A stretch of 61,018 bases of DNA, counting the filler, from Candidatus Babelota bacterium (GTDB taxonomy: Bacteria > JAGOBX01), in NCBI GenBank assembly GCA_017999075.1. It is 10 parts of 10 records of this genome, joined end to end, with 100 filler letters (N's around TTAATTAATTAA, not from the genome) between each part and the next. Parts side by side here need not be neighbours in the genome. Positions count along the whole stretch, not along the records: positions 1 to 6,052 come from JAGOBX010000237.1; positions 6,153 to 12,198 come from JAGOBX010000238.1; 8 more parts are not named here. One strand, given 5' to 3'. The notes beneath the pieces are model-generated. The model had not been told where the DNA came from and did no database searches. It worked only from the letters and a program-made list of their open reading frames with translations. Of the stretch, positions 1 to 10,334 are shown in pieces (positions within the stretch are counted from its first letter, which is position 1; the number at the start of each line of letters is the position of its first letter). The translations under genes were made by a program, and so were the position numbers.

Positions 1-226
1 GTACTATTTCTGCTAAATAGATCAGTTGATTATTAAAAAATTTTAATTGTATTTTTTTAGTTTATTTATAATATCCAATTATATAGTTACTAATGAAAGC
101 ATTTAGAATTTTTAATAATCAAACATATATGTTTTGAAAAACTTTATTTTCGTCAACTGCATTTATAATGGATGATTATGTCAAGTATTTAATGCTCCAG
201 TTGGTAACTGTTTATTTAATGAAATA

Positions 227-839
227 TTGCGTTTTTTTGACGCAGATGGGAATTTTCAGTACCGCATACTAAAAATGACAAGAATAGACAATAATGGAAA
301 GGTTGCATTTGATATTAAACTTACTAATGAAGCGACAGATGCGTCTGAATTGTATTTAACTTCGACCGAAACCGGCACAGCCTTAGCGCCATGGACGACA
401 AGAGGAACAGTGGCTGATCCTGATACAGAAGATCCTGTTTCAGAACTGAATATAGCGCGCATTGATAAAAACGGAAAAAACTTCTGGAAACAGAATTGTT
501 GTATCTCTATGCCCGGTGTTGGCGGCTCAAACCGTATGGAAAATATACATCACCATGAAGATCTGATGTCAATCGGCTATAAAACTTATGTTTTTTTTTG
601 AAAGCGATATTGAAGATGCCGCAAGCATAACGAATATTTCAGTACATTCGTGGCTGCAGATAATTGATAAAAACGGCGATTTTGGTTATCCTGAAATAGG
701 AAAGGATATTAACATTCAATACGGTCACAACCCGTATTTTTTAAATATCAAGGGCAGACCTGCCGCTGTTTGTTTTGGAACAAAACAATTAGAAGGTATT
801 AGTGAATTCGAATATCCAATTTTCTTTTTTATTGAATAG
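227..839 (+). pseudogene. Hypothetical protein split into ORFs 227-601 and 588-839 at a T9 homopolymer
   Basis: Removing one T from the run at 591-599 joins the frames (...YKTYVFFESDIED...). No family recognised. Confidence 0.5.
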
Positions 840-956
840 GCGAATTACTGTTATTATTTGCGCAAGTTTGATTATTGAGGATTTTATAAATACTTTTAGG
901 ATTAAACATTAGTATTTTAAAAAATGTAAATTTCAATATTAAAAGAGGTGAGTTTG

Positions 957-1514
957 ATGTTGATACCAATTATCGGTGCAGTTGTAGCGCTGTTATTTGT
1001 GTTCATTGTTTATAATAGTCTGGTAAATAAAAAAAATCAGGTGAACAATGCATTCGCTTCGATTGACACTATGCTAAAAAAAAGATACGACCTTATTCCA
1101 AACCTGATTGCGACTGTTCAGACTTATATGAAACATGAAGCTTCTACGCTAAAAGAAATAACTGAACTCCGCTCTAAAGCTATGTCCGAAAATATCTCCG
1201 ACAATGAAAAAGTTGCGATAGACAATAAACTATCGCGCGCTATAGGTGGGATAATGGTATCAATTGAAAATTATCCGGATTTAAAAGCCAATCAGAATTT
1301 TCTTCAATTGCAAGGGTCTTTAAATGAAATTGAAGAACAAATATCTGCTGCGCGCCGGGCATATAATGCGGCTGTTACAGATTATAATAATGCAGTTGAG
1401 ATGCTGCCTACAAATATATTTGCAGGACTAATGGGATATAAGCAGCGGCAATTATTCGAAATAACCGAGAAAGAACGAGAAAATGTCAACGCTAAAAACT
1501 TGTTCAACTCGTAG
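957..1514 (+). CDS. lemA: LemA family protein
   Basis: N-terminal TM, then YNSLV..KN, RYDLIPNL, ENYPDLKANQNF and RRAYNAAV motifs. ATG 957 follows a GAGGTG RBS. Confidence 0.95.
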   Translation: MLIPIIGAVVALLFVFIVYNSLVNKKNQVNNAFASIDTMLKKRYDLIPNLIATVQTYMKHEASTLKEITELRSKAMSENISDNEKVAIDNKLSRAIGGIMVSIENYPDLKANQNFLQLQGSLNEIEEQISAARRAYNAAVTDYNNAVEMLPTNIFAGLMGYKQRQLFEITEKERENVNAKNLFNS

Positions 1515-1554
1515 TTTAATAATACGAAATCATCCTGAATAAAAGAGGTAAATT

Positions 1555-2526
1555 ATGAAAACAATAGACGAATTAAAAAAGTATTATGAAACGGATATGA
1601 CTCCTGAAATATTAATACTTGAAGACGCGCGAAAATCTGTTATCAGGAAATTATTATATTTATTTATTTTTTCGCTAATTTTAGCCGCGGTTATATTCTT
1701 TTTCGCATTTAATATATTAGGCACAAAGGTATTTATTTTAATAATATTGCTTTTTTTAATAATCTGCATACCTGGTTTTTATTTTATCACTAAAAAATAT
1801 ACGAGTAATTTTAAAAATGTTGTGATTAACAAAATTATTACTTTTATCGAACCGAATTTACATTATAATAAAGATGGTTATATAAATAAATCTTCTTATC
1901 TGGAAAGCAAGATATTCACTTCATTGCCTGATAGATTCAGAGGAGACGATCATGTTTATGGATCTATTGATAAAACTAAAATTGATTTTTCTGAAATTCA
2001 TTCGGAATACAAAACCGAATCTACTGATAAAAACGGGCGCAAAAAAACAAGCTGGCATACTATATTTAAAGGACTTTTTTTTATAGCGGATTTCAATAAA
2101 AATTTTAATGGCGTTACAGTTGTTTTACCTGATTTAGCGGAACGGTTATTCGGGAGTTTTATAGGCAATATGCTCCAGAAAGCAAATATAAATAGGGGAC
2201 AATTGATTAAACTTGAAGATGTCGAGTTTGAAAAAAACTTTGCGGTTTACGGTGACGATCAGATTGAAGCGAGATATATATTGTCTACAGCGCTGATGAA
2301 GCGTATCACTGATTTCAAAAAGAAAAGCAAAAAAGAAATATATCTATCCTTTGTTTCTTCAAAAATATATATTGCTGTTTCATATTCTAAAAATTTATTT
2401 GAACCGAAAGTTTTTAAATCGCTTCTTGATTTTTCACAGATTCAAGAATATTATGACGATTTGCAGCTTGCAATAGGGATCGTTGAAGACTTAAATCTTA
2501 ATACTCGGATTTGGTCAAAACAATAG
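1555..2526 (+). CDS. DUF3137 family membrane protein
   Basis: Two N-terminal TMs; IFKGLFFIADFNKNF, LEDVEFEKNF and DQIEARYIL motifs; directly downstream of lemA, a common pairing. Confidence 0.85.
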   Translation: MKTIDELKKYYETDMTPEILILEDARKSVIRKLLYLFIFSLILAAVIFFFAFNILGTKVFILIILLFLIICIPGFYFITKKYTSNFKNVVINKIITFIEPNLHYNKDGYINKSSYLESKIFTSLPDRFRGDDHVYGSIDKTKIDFSEIHSEYKTESTDKNGRKKTSWHTIFKGLFFIADFNKNFNGVTVVLPDLAERLFGSFIGNMLQKANINRGQLIKLEDVEFEKNFAVYGDDQIEARYILSTALMKRITDFKKKSKKEIYLSFVSSKIYIAVSYSKNLFEPKVFKSLLDFSQIQEYYDDLQLAIGIVEDLNLNTRIWSKQ

Positions 2527-2587
2527 AAATAAAAAAATCAATATTTTGAATTTAATAAATTATTGCATTTTATAAAGGAAAATAAAA

Positions 2588-3043
2588 ATGAATATTTCTT
2601 TTTTAATTAAATGCGTTTTTATATTATTATTGGTTTCAAAATTTCAAGCTGATTGTTTTAACGGTTCTAAATTCAATACAAAATTTTCACTGATTATTCA
2701 CAATACAACTCACATGGGAACCGACTATATTGAAATCCAGAATATTGATGACACCGCTGTTTACGGGAAGGTTGGCATTGATTGGTCAATCGGTCCTCAA
2801 GCGCGCGAACAGTTGGAGCATGAAAAGTTTTATATTTTGCCATTTTCAGCGAAATTGATTGATAAAGATAAAGGATTTAATTTTGAAGTAAATATTGCCA
2901 ATAGAAAAATTTATGATTTTAATCTATTTTTTATCTTTGATAAAGAGCTCAATCCTCGTCTTGTTGGATTTGTAAAAATAAAAAATTCTAAAAAAAATTT
3001 GTTTCCACCGGAGATATTTGGCGCTTTAGCTACACCTTTTTAA
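2588..3043 (+). CDS. Hypothetical protein, probably exported
   Basis: 151-aa ORF with AAGGA RBS and hydrophobic N-terminus. Confidence 0.6.
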   Translation: MNISFLIKCVFILLLVSKFQADCFNGSKFNTKFSLIIHNTTHMGTDYIEIQNIDDTAVYGKVGIDWSIGPQAREQLEHEKFYILPFSAKLIDKDKGFNFEVNIANRKIYDFNLFFIFDKELNPRLVGFVKIKNSKKNLFPPEIFGALATPF

Positions 3044-3113
3044 CATAAAAAACACATTATTATCAAAAAAACAAAAACAAATACAAAGAAATGTAATACT
3101 GTGCAATACAATG

Positions 3114-3169
3114 CAGGGCGCGGAGCGCAGTGCTCAGAGCGCAGAGTGAAGAACGAGAAACGAAAAATG
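3114..3169 (+). repeat. Degenerate heptanucleotide tandem repeat (8 units)
   Basis: CAGGGCG CGGAGCG CAGTGCT CAGAGCG CAGAGTG AAGAACG AGAAACG AAAAATG. Confidence 0.65.
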
Positions 3170-3365
3170 AATTTTAAACTTTACGCCTATGCTGAGTCTA
3201 TTGTTATGTTCAAGAAAAACTATGAATACAAAATAATTTTATTGAAAAAAATAAAATTGTAAGAGATAATAGCGTAAGAAATCAAATAATAGAAAATGAT
3301 GATTATAAAATTAGAAAAGCGCAGGGTTTTGAGAAATAATTATTTTAAGGATTAAAATAGAAAAT

Positions 3366-4445
3366 ATGAAAATTTGTATAATAATTTTTAATCTTATTTT
3401 GTTTGTTTTTTCAGCTGCAGCTATAGATTTATCAAAAATTGATTATAAAGCTTACGGTTTTATTAATGCTAGCGTTATTTATGGCGACCGCAATCCTGCC
3501 TGGCATACTCAATACAAAGCAAATCCCGATTACGGAAAATCAGATTTAAATTTCACAATGGAAACATCGAGGCTCGGTCTTAAAATAATTGCGCCTGAAG
3601 AAAATAATTATAAAATTGACGGTGTGTTTGAAATTGATTTTACGAATGGCGATAATATAACTAATCAAAACGCTGAATTACGATTAAGGAAAGCGTATAT
3701 AACGATTGATAAAAATAATTGGAAAATTATCGGCGGTCAAACTGATATGATAATAGCGCAGACAGAACCGTTGATGCTTAACGGCGGTTATCTTGGGCAT
3801 TGCGGTAATTTATATGGGCAGATTCCGCAATTGCGTATCGGTTATAAGTTGAATTTTTTTAAGATTGAAGCAGGCGCATTAAAACAAACTAAAGATGTCA
3901 AAAGCGCGCTTCCACAGACGCAGACCGGACAATTCCGGTATCAAGCAAGAATTGCCGCTGAAAAAAAATTGTTGATATTTAAAAATGCGATGTTTGCATT
4001 GGGATTCGATAAAGGCAAATATTCTCGTGATATTTCAGAGTCATACGCTTATTCAGCTGAACTTGAGCTGCCATTTAAATTCGGCAAAATCTCATCTGAA
4101 ATTTTTAAAGGCGCAAATATCAAGGATTTATTAGGTTCAATAACAATGGAACCTAAAAAGCCGGAAATTAAAAGCAACGGAGCTTACTTTAATCTATTAT
4201 GGTATTTCTCGAAAAATTTATTTTCTAATGCAGGTTATGGTTATGCTAAAAATAAATATTCATTGCTCGCTGATTTGGATTATTTGAAGAACCGGCAAAA
4301 ATATATTAATTTATGGTATCGTTTGACTTCAAGATTATTAACCGCTGCTGAGTTTTATAATATCAAATCGGATATGTTTTATCAGAATAATATATTTGAA
4401 TTAAAAAGCAATCGTTATTAATTTTCTATGCTTTATACCTTTTAA
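3366..4445 (+). CDS. Outer-membrane beta-barrel porin (DcaP-like) with premature TAA at 4419-4421
   Basis: Signal peptide; SRLGL, EIDF, LRLRKAY, GQT and PQLR motifs. The frame continues past the TAA as FSMLYTF-stop(4445), a canonical C-terminal beta-signal. Confidence 0.75.
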
Positions 4446-4446
4446 A

Positions 4447-4467
4447 CCCGAATATGTGCTATTCGGG
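4447..4467 (+). terminator. Stem-loop after the porin gene
   Basis: CCCGAATA-tgtgc-TATTCGGG; U-tract is weak. Confidence 0.45.
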
Positions 4468-4629
4468 ATTAGGTAGTGTATCATAATAAAGTTGATTTTT
4501 TTTATTGCAGATTTGCGTTTTGTTTTCCGAGGCAATATATCTGCTGTTGTAGGCGATACCATCGAAATTGCAGAAGAAATAAAATGATTTTAAATAAGCA
4601 AAATAATTAAAAGCGTCCCAATTTATTTT

Positions 4630-6052
4630 ATGAATAAAATATTTTTTAATTTTTACCGCATTATCAAATCAATCTTTTCAAGAAAAAAAGAAATTCCTAA
4701 TATTGATAATATCCAGGATTATCTGACTTTAGAAAAAGAAAAAGTCGTTATTGGCGTTATGATTATTTTTTTGTTAGATAATCTATATCTGGCATTCGGC
4801 AGAGAAGGCATACCTTTGTATATGGTTATTTCCTGCACTGCAGCGTTTATCATTTGTTTAATAAGTATAATTTATATTTTTTTAGATAAATATTATACAG
4901 GTCAGTTGATAATGAACTATGGTAGTGTTATACTGTGGTTTATCCATTTTATGTATATGCTTATCAGCGGTCAAAGCGATTACCGCTTCCCTGTAGCTAC
5001 AACATATTTGTTTACAATAATTATGATGTATGCAATTGTATCAAATTATATTTTCCTCGATAAAAAACACGGATTGATTTCCGGATTTATCGCAATACTC
5101 TTTATGATAATTTCTATGTTTATAATCGGCAAAAAAAAATATTTTGACAATATGATTTCACCGTTTGTATTTATAATTGTATTAACAATAATTATCTGGT
5201 ATTTTATAAATATTTTTAACACTATTTTTAAAAAACTGATTGAACTAAAAGATAATCTGCAGATTGAAGTAAAAAAAAGAACAGCGGAACTTGAACGGTT
5301 AAGCAAATTGAAAAATTATTTTCTTGCTAATGTAAATCATGAAATGCGGACGCCGTTAAATTCGATTATTGGTTATTCCAATATTATTGACAGCAATGAG
5401 ATATCTGATGAAAATAAAAAATATTTATCGAATATCCGTAAATCAAGCGCTTCATTATTGAGAATTATTGACGATATCCTTGATATAACTAAAATAGAAG
5501 CAGGTCAGATTGATATAGAAAATAAAGTTTTCAATTTGAAAGATGAAATAGAAAATATCAAATTTAATTTTTCAGAAAAACTCAAGAGCAAACTAAAAGA
5601 TATAAATTTTAAAGTTAATGTGAATTCGGAAGTCCCTGAATTTATTGAAACAGACCCTGTGCGATTAAATCAGATAATTAATAATTTACTTGTAAATTCA
5701 TTCAAATACACTGAAAAAGGCGAAATTTCGTTGACTGCAATATTCGAATATGACAATGAGAATAGAGATTCTGGAACATTGATTATTGAAATTTCAGACA
5801 CAGGCATAGGAATTCACGAATCTGAAGCGGAGCGGATTTTTGAAAAGTTTGAAAGATTAAAAATGAAAGAAGATTATTATAACATTGATAAAAGCGCTGG
5901 TTTGGGTTTAGCTATAGTAAAACAGATTGCAGAAAAAATAAACGGTGAAATCAGATTGACGAGCGCATTAAATAAAGGCAGCAAATTCACCGTTGAAATA
6001 AAAAAAATAAAAGTTCATCAAAGTTTGAATGAATGCTATTCGGTTGGAAATA
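4630..6052 (+). CDS. Membrane sensor histidine kinase (3'-truncated)
   Basis: Multiple TMs; H-box FLANVNHEMRTPLN; N-box QIINNLLVNSFKYT; DTGIGI; GLGLAIV. Confidence 0.92.
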
Positions 6053-6152
6053 NNNNNNNNNNNNNNNNNNNNNNNNNNNNNNNNNNNNNNNNNNNNTTAA
6101 TTAATTAANNNNNNNNNNNNNNNNNNNNNNNNNNNNNNNNNNNNNNNNNNNN
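6053..6152. other. Artificial contig linker
   Basis: N44-TTAATTAATTAA-N44. Confidence 0.99.
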
Positions 6153-6153
6153 T

Positions 6154-9100
6154 GAGAACGGCATAGGCGGGAATTATTTATTTGCAACTTCTCATTTATG
6201 GTGCAAAAAATCTCAAACTATTGATTTGATTGCAAAAGGATATACTGCCGCAGAATTAGATTCTGTTCCTAAAATATATGTTGAATGCTGGGTTGGCCAG
6301 CGTATGCCGCAAGATATATTCAAATTTTATGTAAGTTTAAAAAATGGATCATTAACAGAAATCACAAGTTATAATACTGGAGAAATTGCTACGCCTGCCA
6401 ATTGGACAAAATACAGTTATACGTTTACCGGATACGGGTCAGGGTTAAGATATATTCATTTTGAAAACTGGGGAGAAGATGGCAGTTTGGGTTGGGCAGG
6501 TTATTACGGAACATTTTTTGATAATGAACTTGTAATGCTTGATAATGCTTGGAACGATGTTCCTTATATTATGCTTCAGGGAAAAATTTCATATACAGAA
6601 CAGTCAGGTACTACTGCTGTATTTGCAAATGCAGTGGTCCGAGATATCGATTCCACCAATTTTAATGGAGGCAGTTTAATAATCGGATTTGATTCTGGCA
6701 CAGGGAATATTTACGATAGTTTCAGTATCAGACATCAAGGAACCGGAGCAGGAGAGATAGGTGTTTCAGGAAATAATGTTTCTTATAACGGTGTCACTTT
6801 CGCTACTTTTTCAGGCGGCTCAACCGGAACCGATACTTTAATAGTTTATTTAAATGCAAATTCAGGAGCGGATACAGTTGAAGCATTGTTGAAAAATATT
6901 TTATATCAAAACCGTTCTGACGCGCCTGATACTAAGTATTTGCGTGTTCAGCTTAACGATGGTGGTGCTGAGACTGCTCAATACATTCAAACAATAAGTT
7001 TTATTCTGGTTAATGATTCTCCGGTTTTGACTTTATCTGATTCAATTTCGGTAATAATGGGTTCGGAAACAACTATGTTGTTTAATGCTTCGCATATTTC
7101 AGATTCTGATGCGTCTGATTCGATCAGTAATATTTCGTTGATTATTTTTGATACGGACATAGTAAGAATTACTGTTGATACTGGAACCGGTATTGACACT
7201 TTTCATTTTAATGCGATCGGAACTGCGGCCGGAGCAGATACGGTTATTGTAAAAATAATTGATAGAACAGGCGCGTTTGATACAAAAACATTCGTGGTGA
7301 ATGTTTTTGCAGCGCCATATACAGGAACAAAATGGTATGTAAGTAATGATACAGGCAGTAATATTTTTAATAACGGTTCTGAAACATTTCCATTTAAGAC
7401 AATTACAAAAGCGCTATCATCGGTAAACACTAATGATAGTGTTTTTGTTTTTGCTGGAACATATAACGAAACTGTAGTAATAACGCAAAACGGAATATCA
7501 ATCATAGGCGCGGATTCGGGTTTGACAATCATTGATCCTATTGGCGATTCGACAGTTACTACGCTTTATGGAATTTACGCAAACGGATTGAATAATTTGC
7601 GGATTGCAAATCTGAAAATTTTCGACTGTTACAGCGGAATTTATTTTGATAATATTGACACTTCGGTTATTGAAAATATTTTTATTCAGAATTGCGGGAA
7701 GAACGGCGGTTCCGGAATCGGAGTTTATCTGACGAATGGAAGTTGTTCAAATACAATTTCAAATTGTTATGTATTTAAAAATTATTATGGTATTTGCGTG
7801 AATAATTCGGCATATAATTTATTGTATGGCAATTCAGTTATTTCTAATCAATTCTATGGAATTTATGCATATAACGGAAGTTCTTTTAATTACTTTTCAA
7901 ACAACCGTTCCGATTCTAACAACACTGGAATTTACACTTATCAGAATTCAGATACAAATACATTTATATCAAATTTTGTGAATTATAATCAAGGCCACGG
8001 CATAAGGCTTGACAGTAATAACGGCTGCAATATTTTAACGAATAATGTATCAAATTATAATAATAATCACGGGATTTCTGTAAATGGCTTCAATAATATT
8101 ATTCAGAATAATATTGCGAATTACAATACTTGGGCGGGTTTTAATTTCACAGCGTCTTCAAATAATCTTTTTGAAACTAATACCGCGAGCAATAATTTAC
8201 AGAACGGCTTTCAATTTGCAAATGCTTCAAACAATATTTTTAAAAACAATGTTTCAAAATCGAATAATCAAAGCGGATTTGTTTTAGGCAGCAATTTTAA
8301 TAATAATATTTTTATTGGAAATTCAAGTATTGCAAATAATGAAAGGGGTTTTTATCTTGATAATGTATCATCGAATTATTTTGCGCAAAACGATATAAAA
8401 AATAATACCGGTTATCAGATATATTTATTAAATTCTTCAACATCAGATACATTTATAAAAAATAATATTCAGACATCAATGATAAATCCGAATTATGCGG
8501 TTTGTAATTCTGCGGCTTCAATTTTTGATATGAAATATAATTATTATAATACTACTGATTCTTCTGTAATATCATCGAAGATTAACATTGCTGGCGGTTC
8601 AATTTTGTGGTTGCCTTTCAGGACATCGGAAATAGATACATTTTCAGGAGCAGATACAGTTGCGCCTGAAGCTCCGAGTTTTATTAGCTCTGATACTTCG
8701 GTTTTAAAGCAGGTAACTTTAAGGTGGACAAAGCCTGTTCTTGATGAAAACGGCGGAGCATTGACAGGATTGACAGGATATAGAATATATCGAGCTGGCG
8801 CTTCGCAATGCAGAGCAAACGGAGATACAGATAATTGGGAATTATTTTTTATTTTTTCAACAGAAAATGTCAATGACACAGAATATACAGATACAGGATT
8901 TAATGCGACTGGAACTTATTACTATAGAATAGTCGCGTTTGATTCTCATTCAACAAACGGACAATTGTTTTATAATAGAAGCTGGTATTCCGGCGGTATA
9001 CAAGTATATGCCAGATACAATTCTGCGCCAGAAACGCCTGTATTATTAACTCCTGTAAATCTGCCTGTTCCTTATACTGAATATGCTACTTACGGCAGAA

Positions 9101-9747
9101 CGCTTAATCAAAAACCGACATTGATCTGGCGCTGTCCGGCTGACGCAGACAGCAATGCGTTATATTTTTTAATTTATTTCGATAGCGGGTTTGGTTTAAC
9201 ATTGCTTGCTAATTCGGCAAATGACACGCGAGGCTTTTATTATTATAAATCCGGAAGTTATGATACATTCAGTTCCGGCGGAGCAGACTCAAGCGTTTAT
9301 GGAAATACGGTATATTACAACCCGCAGATAAATTTAAGCGATTCGCTTTATATGTGGACTGTAATAGCATATGACAGCGATTTATACAGCGATACAGCAA
9401 ATTTGCGGCGATTCAAAATCGGAGGCAGAACTTGGACAGACGGAACAATAACTGCAGGAACAACTTTAATCCGTAAGATTCATATTGACGAACTTCGCGA
9501 AGAAATAGATTTTGCGCGTAAATTACGGGGATTATCCGCATTTTCTTGGACTGATCCTGTTATTACTGCAGGTGAAACTTTAATCAGGAAAATACATCTT
9601 GATGAACTGCGGGCAGCATCCGAACAAACTGCTGCATCAGGTTTTTATTCAATTCCTGTGTGGACAGAACCTGCTATAACATCAGGTCAAACTCTCATCA
9701 GAAAAATATTTTATGACGAATTGCGTCAGAAACTGACTGGATTTTAA
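6154..9747 (+). CDS. Large surface protein (5'-truncated): FBA-like lectin, cadherin/Ig-like domains, right-handed beta-helix (NosD/pectin-lyase-like), FN3-like domain, three C-terminal repeats
   Basis: Frame is open from the contig edge. Contains WYVS...GS...PFKTITKAL, many GIxL...N..NN beta-helix coils, VTLRWTKP...GYRIYR...YYYRIVAFD, and three WTD/E..I..G.TLIRKI..DELR repeats. Confidence 0.85.
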   Translation, partial: ENGIGGNYLFATSHLWCKKSQTIDLIAKGYTAAELDSVPKIYVECWVGQRMPQDIFKFYVSLKNGSLTEITSYNTGEIATPANWTKYSYTFTGYGSGLRYIHFENWGEDGSLGWAGYYGTFFDNELVMLDNAWNDVPYIMLQGKISYTEQSGTTAVFANAVVRDIDSTNFNGGSLIIGFDSGTGNIYDSFSIRHQGTGAGEIGVSGNNVSYNGVTFATFSGGSTGTDTLIVYLNANSGADTVEALLKNILYQNRSDAPDTKYLRVQLNDGGAETAQYIQTISFILVNDSPVLTLSDSISVIMGSETTMLFNASHISDSDASDSISNISLIIFDTDIVRITVDTGTGIDTFHFNAIGTAAGADTVIVKIIDRTGAFDTKTFVVNVFAAPYTGTKWYVSNDTGSNIFNNGSETFPFKTITKALSSVNTNDSVFVFAGTYNETVVITQNGISIIGADSGLTIIDPIGDSTVTTLYGIYANGLNNLRIANLKIFDCYSGIYFDNIDTSVIENIFIQNCGKNGGSGIGVYLTNGSCSNTISNCYVFKNYYGICVNNSAYNLLYGNSVISNQFYGIYAYNGSSFNYFSNNRSDSNNTGIYTYQNSDTNTFISNFVNYNQGHGIRLDSNNGCNILTNNVSNYNNNHGISVNGFNNIIQNNIANYNTWAGFNFTASSNNLFETNTASNNLQNGFQFANASNNIFKNNVSKSNNQSGFVLGSNFNNNIFIGNSSIANNERGFYLDNVSSNYFAQNDIKNNTGYQIYLLNSSTSDTFIKNNIQTSMINPNYAVCNSAASIFDMKYNYYNTTDSSVISSKINIAGGSILWLPFRTSEIDTFSGADTVAPEAPSFISSDTSVLKQVTLRWTKPVLDENGGALTGLTGYRIYRAGASQCRANGDTDNWELFFIFSTENVNDTEYTDTGFNATGTYYYRIVAFDSHSTNGQLFYNRSWYSGGIQVYARYNSAPETPVLLTPVNLPVPYTEYATYGRTLNQKPTLIWRCPADADSNALYFLIYFDSGFGLTLLANSANDTRGFYYYKSGSYDTFSSGGADSSVYGNTVYYNPQINLSDSLYMWTVIAYDSDLYSDTANLRRFKIGGRTWTDGTITAGTTLIRKIHIDELREEIDFARKLRGLSAFSWTDPVITAGETLIRKIHLDELRAASEQTAASGFYSIPVWTEPAITSGQTLIRKIFYDELRQKLTGF

Positions 9748-10272
9748 AAAAATATTATTAATGCAAAAATTTTAGCTTTTAAATAAAAAAATAGGTAATT
9801 TTTAAATAAAGTTATATCATCAGATTCGACCAATTCTATTTTATTTCATTGCTGATGGTTTTATTTGTTAAAAACTCTTTTAATGACTGCTTGCTTTTCT
9901 CTGTAGGCGAGCCGTCTTCTTTTAGTTCTACTTTTATCAACCATTTTATTCCGTTTTTTTCTATAGGATAGGCACTAATGTCGAAAATGTCGAATTTTTT
10001 TTGTCTTCCGATATATGCTTTTCTTCCTTCTGTGAATTTAAATTTTTATTATATTTCAAGAAAAAAACAAAAATTTTTTTATAGAGAATATTATATTGTT
10101 ATAATGATATTTTTATATTTCTTTTGGAGGTTTATGGTATATCGGCATTTTTTTTATTATTTTTTTTTATATTTATTTTTTTCCTCGTTCGCGGTTTGTT
10201 CCTGATGAAGCGTTATTGGTTTTAAATTCGTTTTTATGTTTTCTTTTTCGCAATAATCGTAATTATATTTTT

Positions 10273-10300
10273 TTGACTTTTTTGGATTTTAGTATATTAT
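10273..10300 (+). promoter_or_regulatory. Putative sigma70 promoter of hsdM
   Basis: TTGACT-16 nt-TATTAT. Confidence 0.5.
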
Positions 10301-10334
10301 ATTTACAGATATAAATTTGTAAACAGGAAGCAAT

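Noticed and set aside
4419-4421. Stop-codon reassignment
   Set aside because: TAA, TAG and TGA all end conserved genes at expected positions elsewhere in the window.
7730-8500. Asn-rich periodic DNA suggesting a tandem repeat or DGR target
   Set aside because: Explained by beta-helix coil periodicity; no near-identical TR/VR pair or reverse transcriptase seen.
9978-10205. 75-aa Phe/Tyr-rich ORF
   Set aside because: Product of T-rich low-complexity DNA; no RBS or recognisable family.
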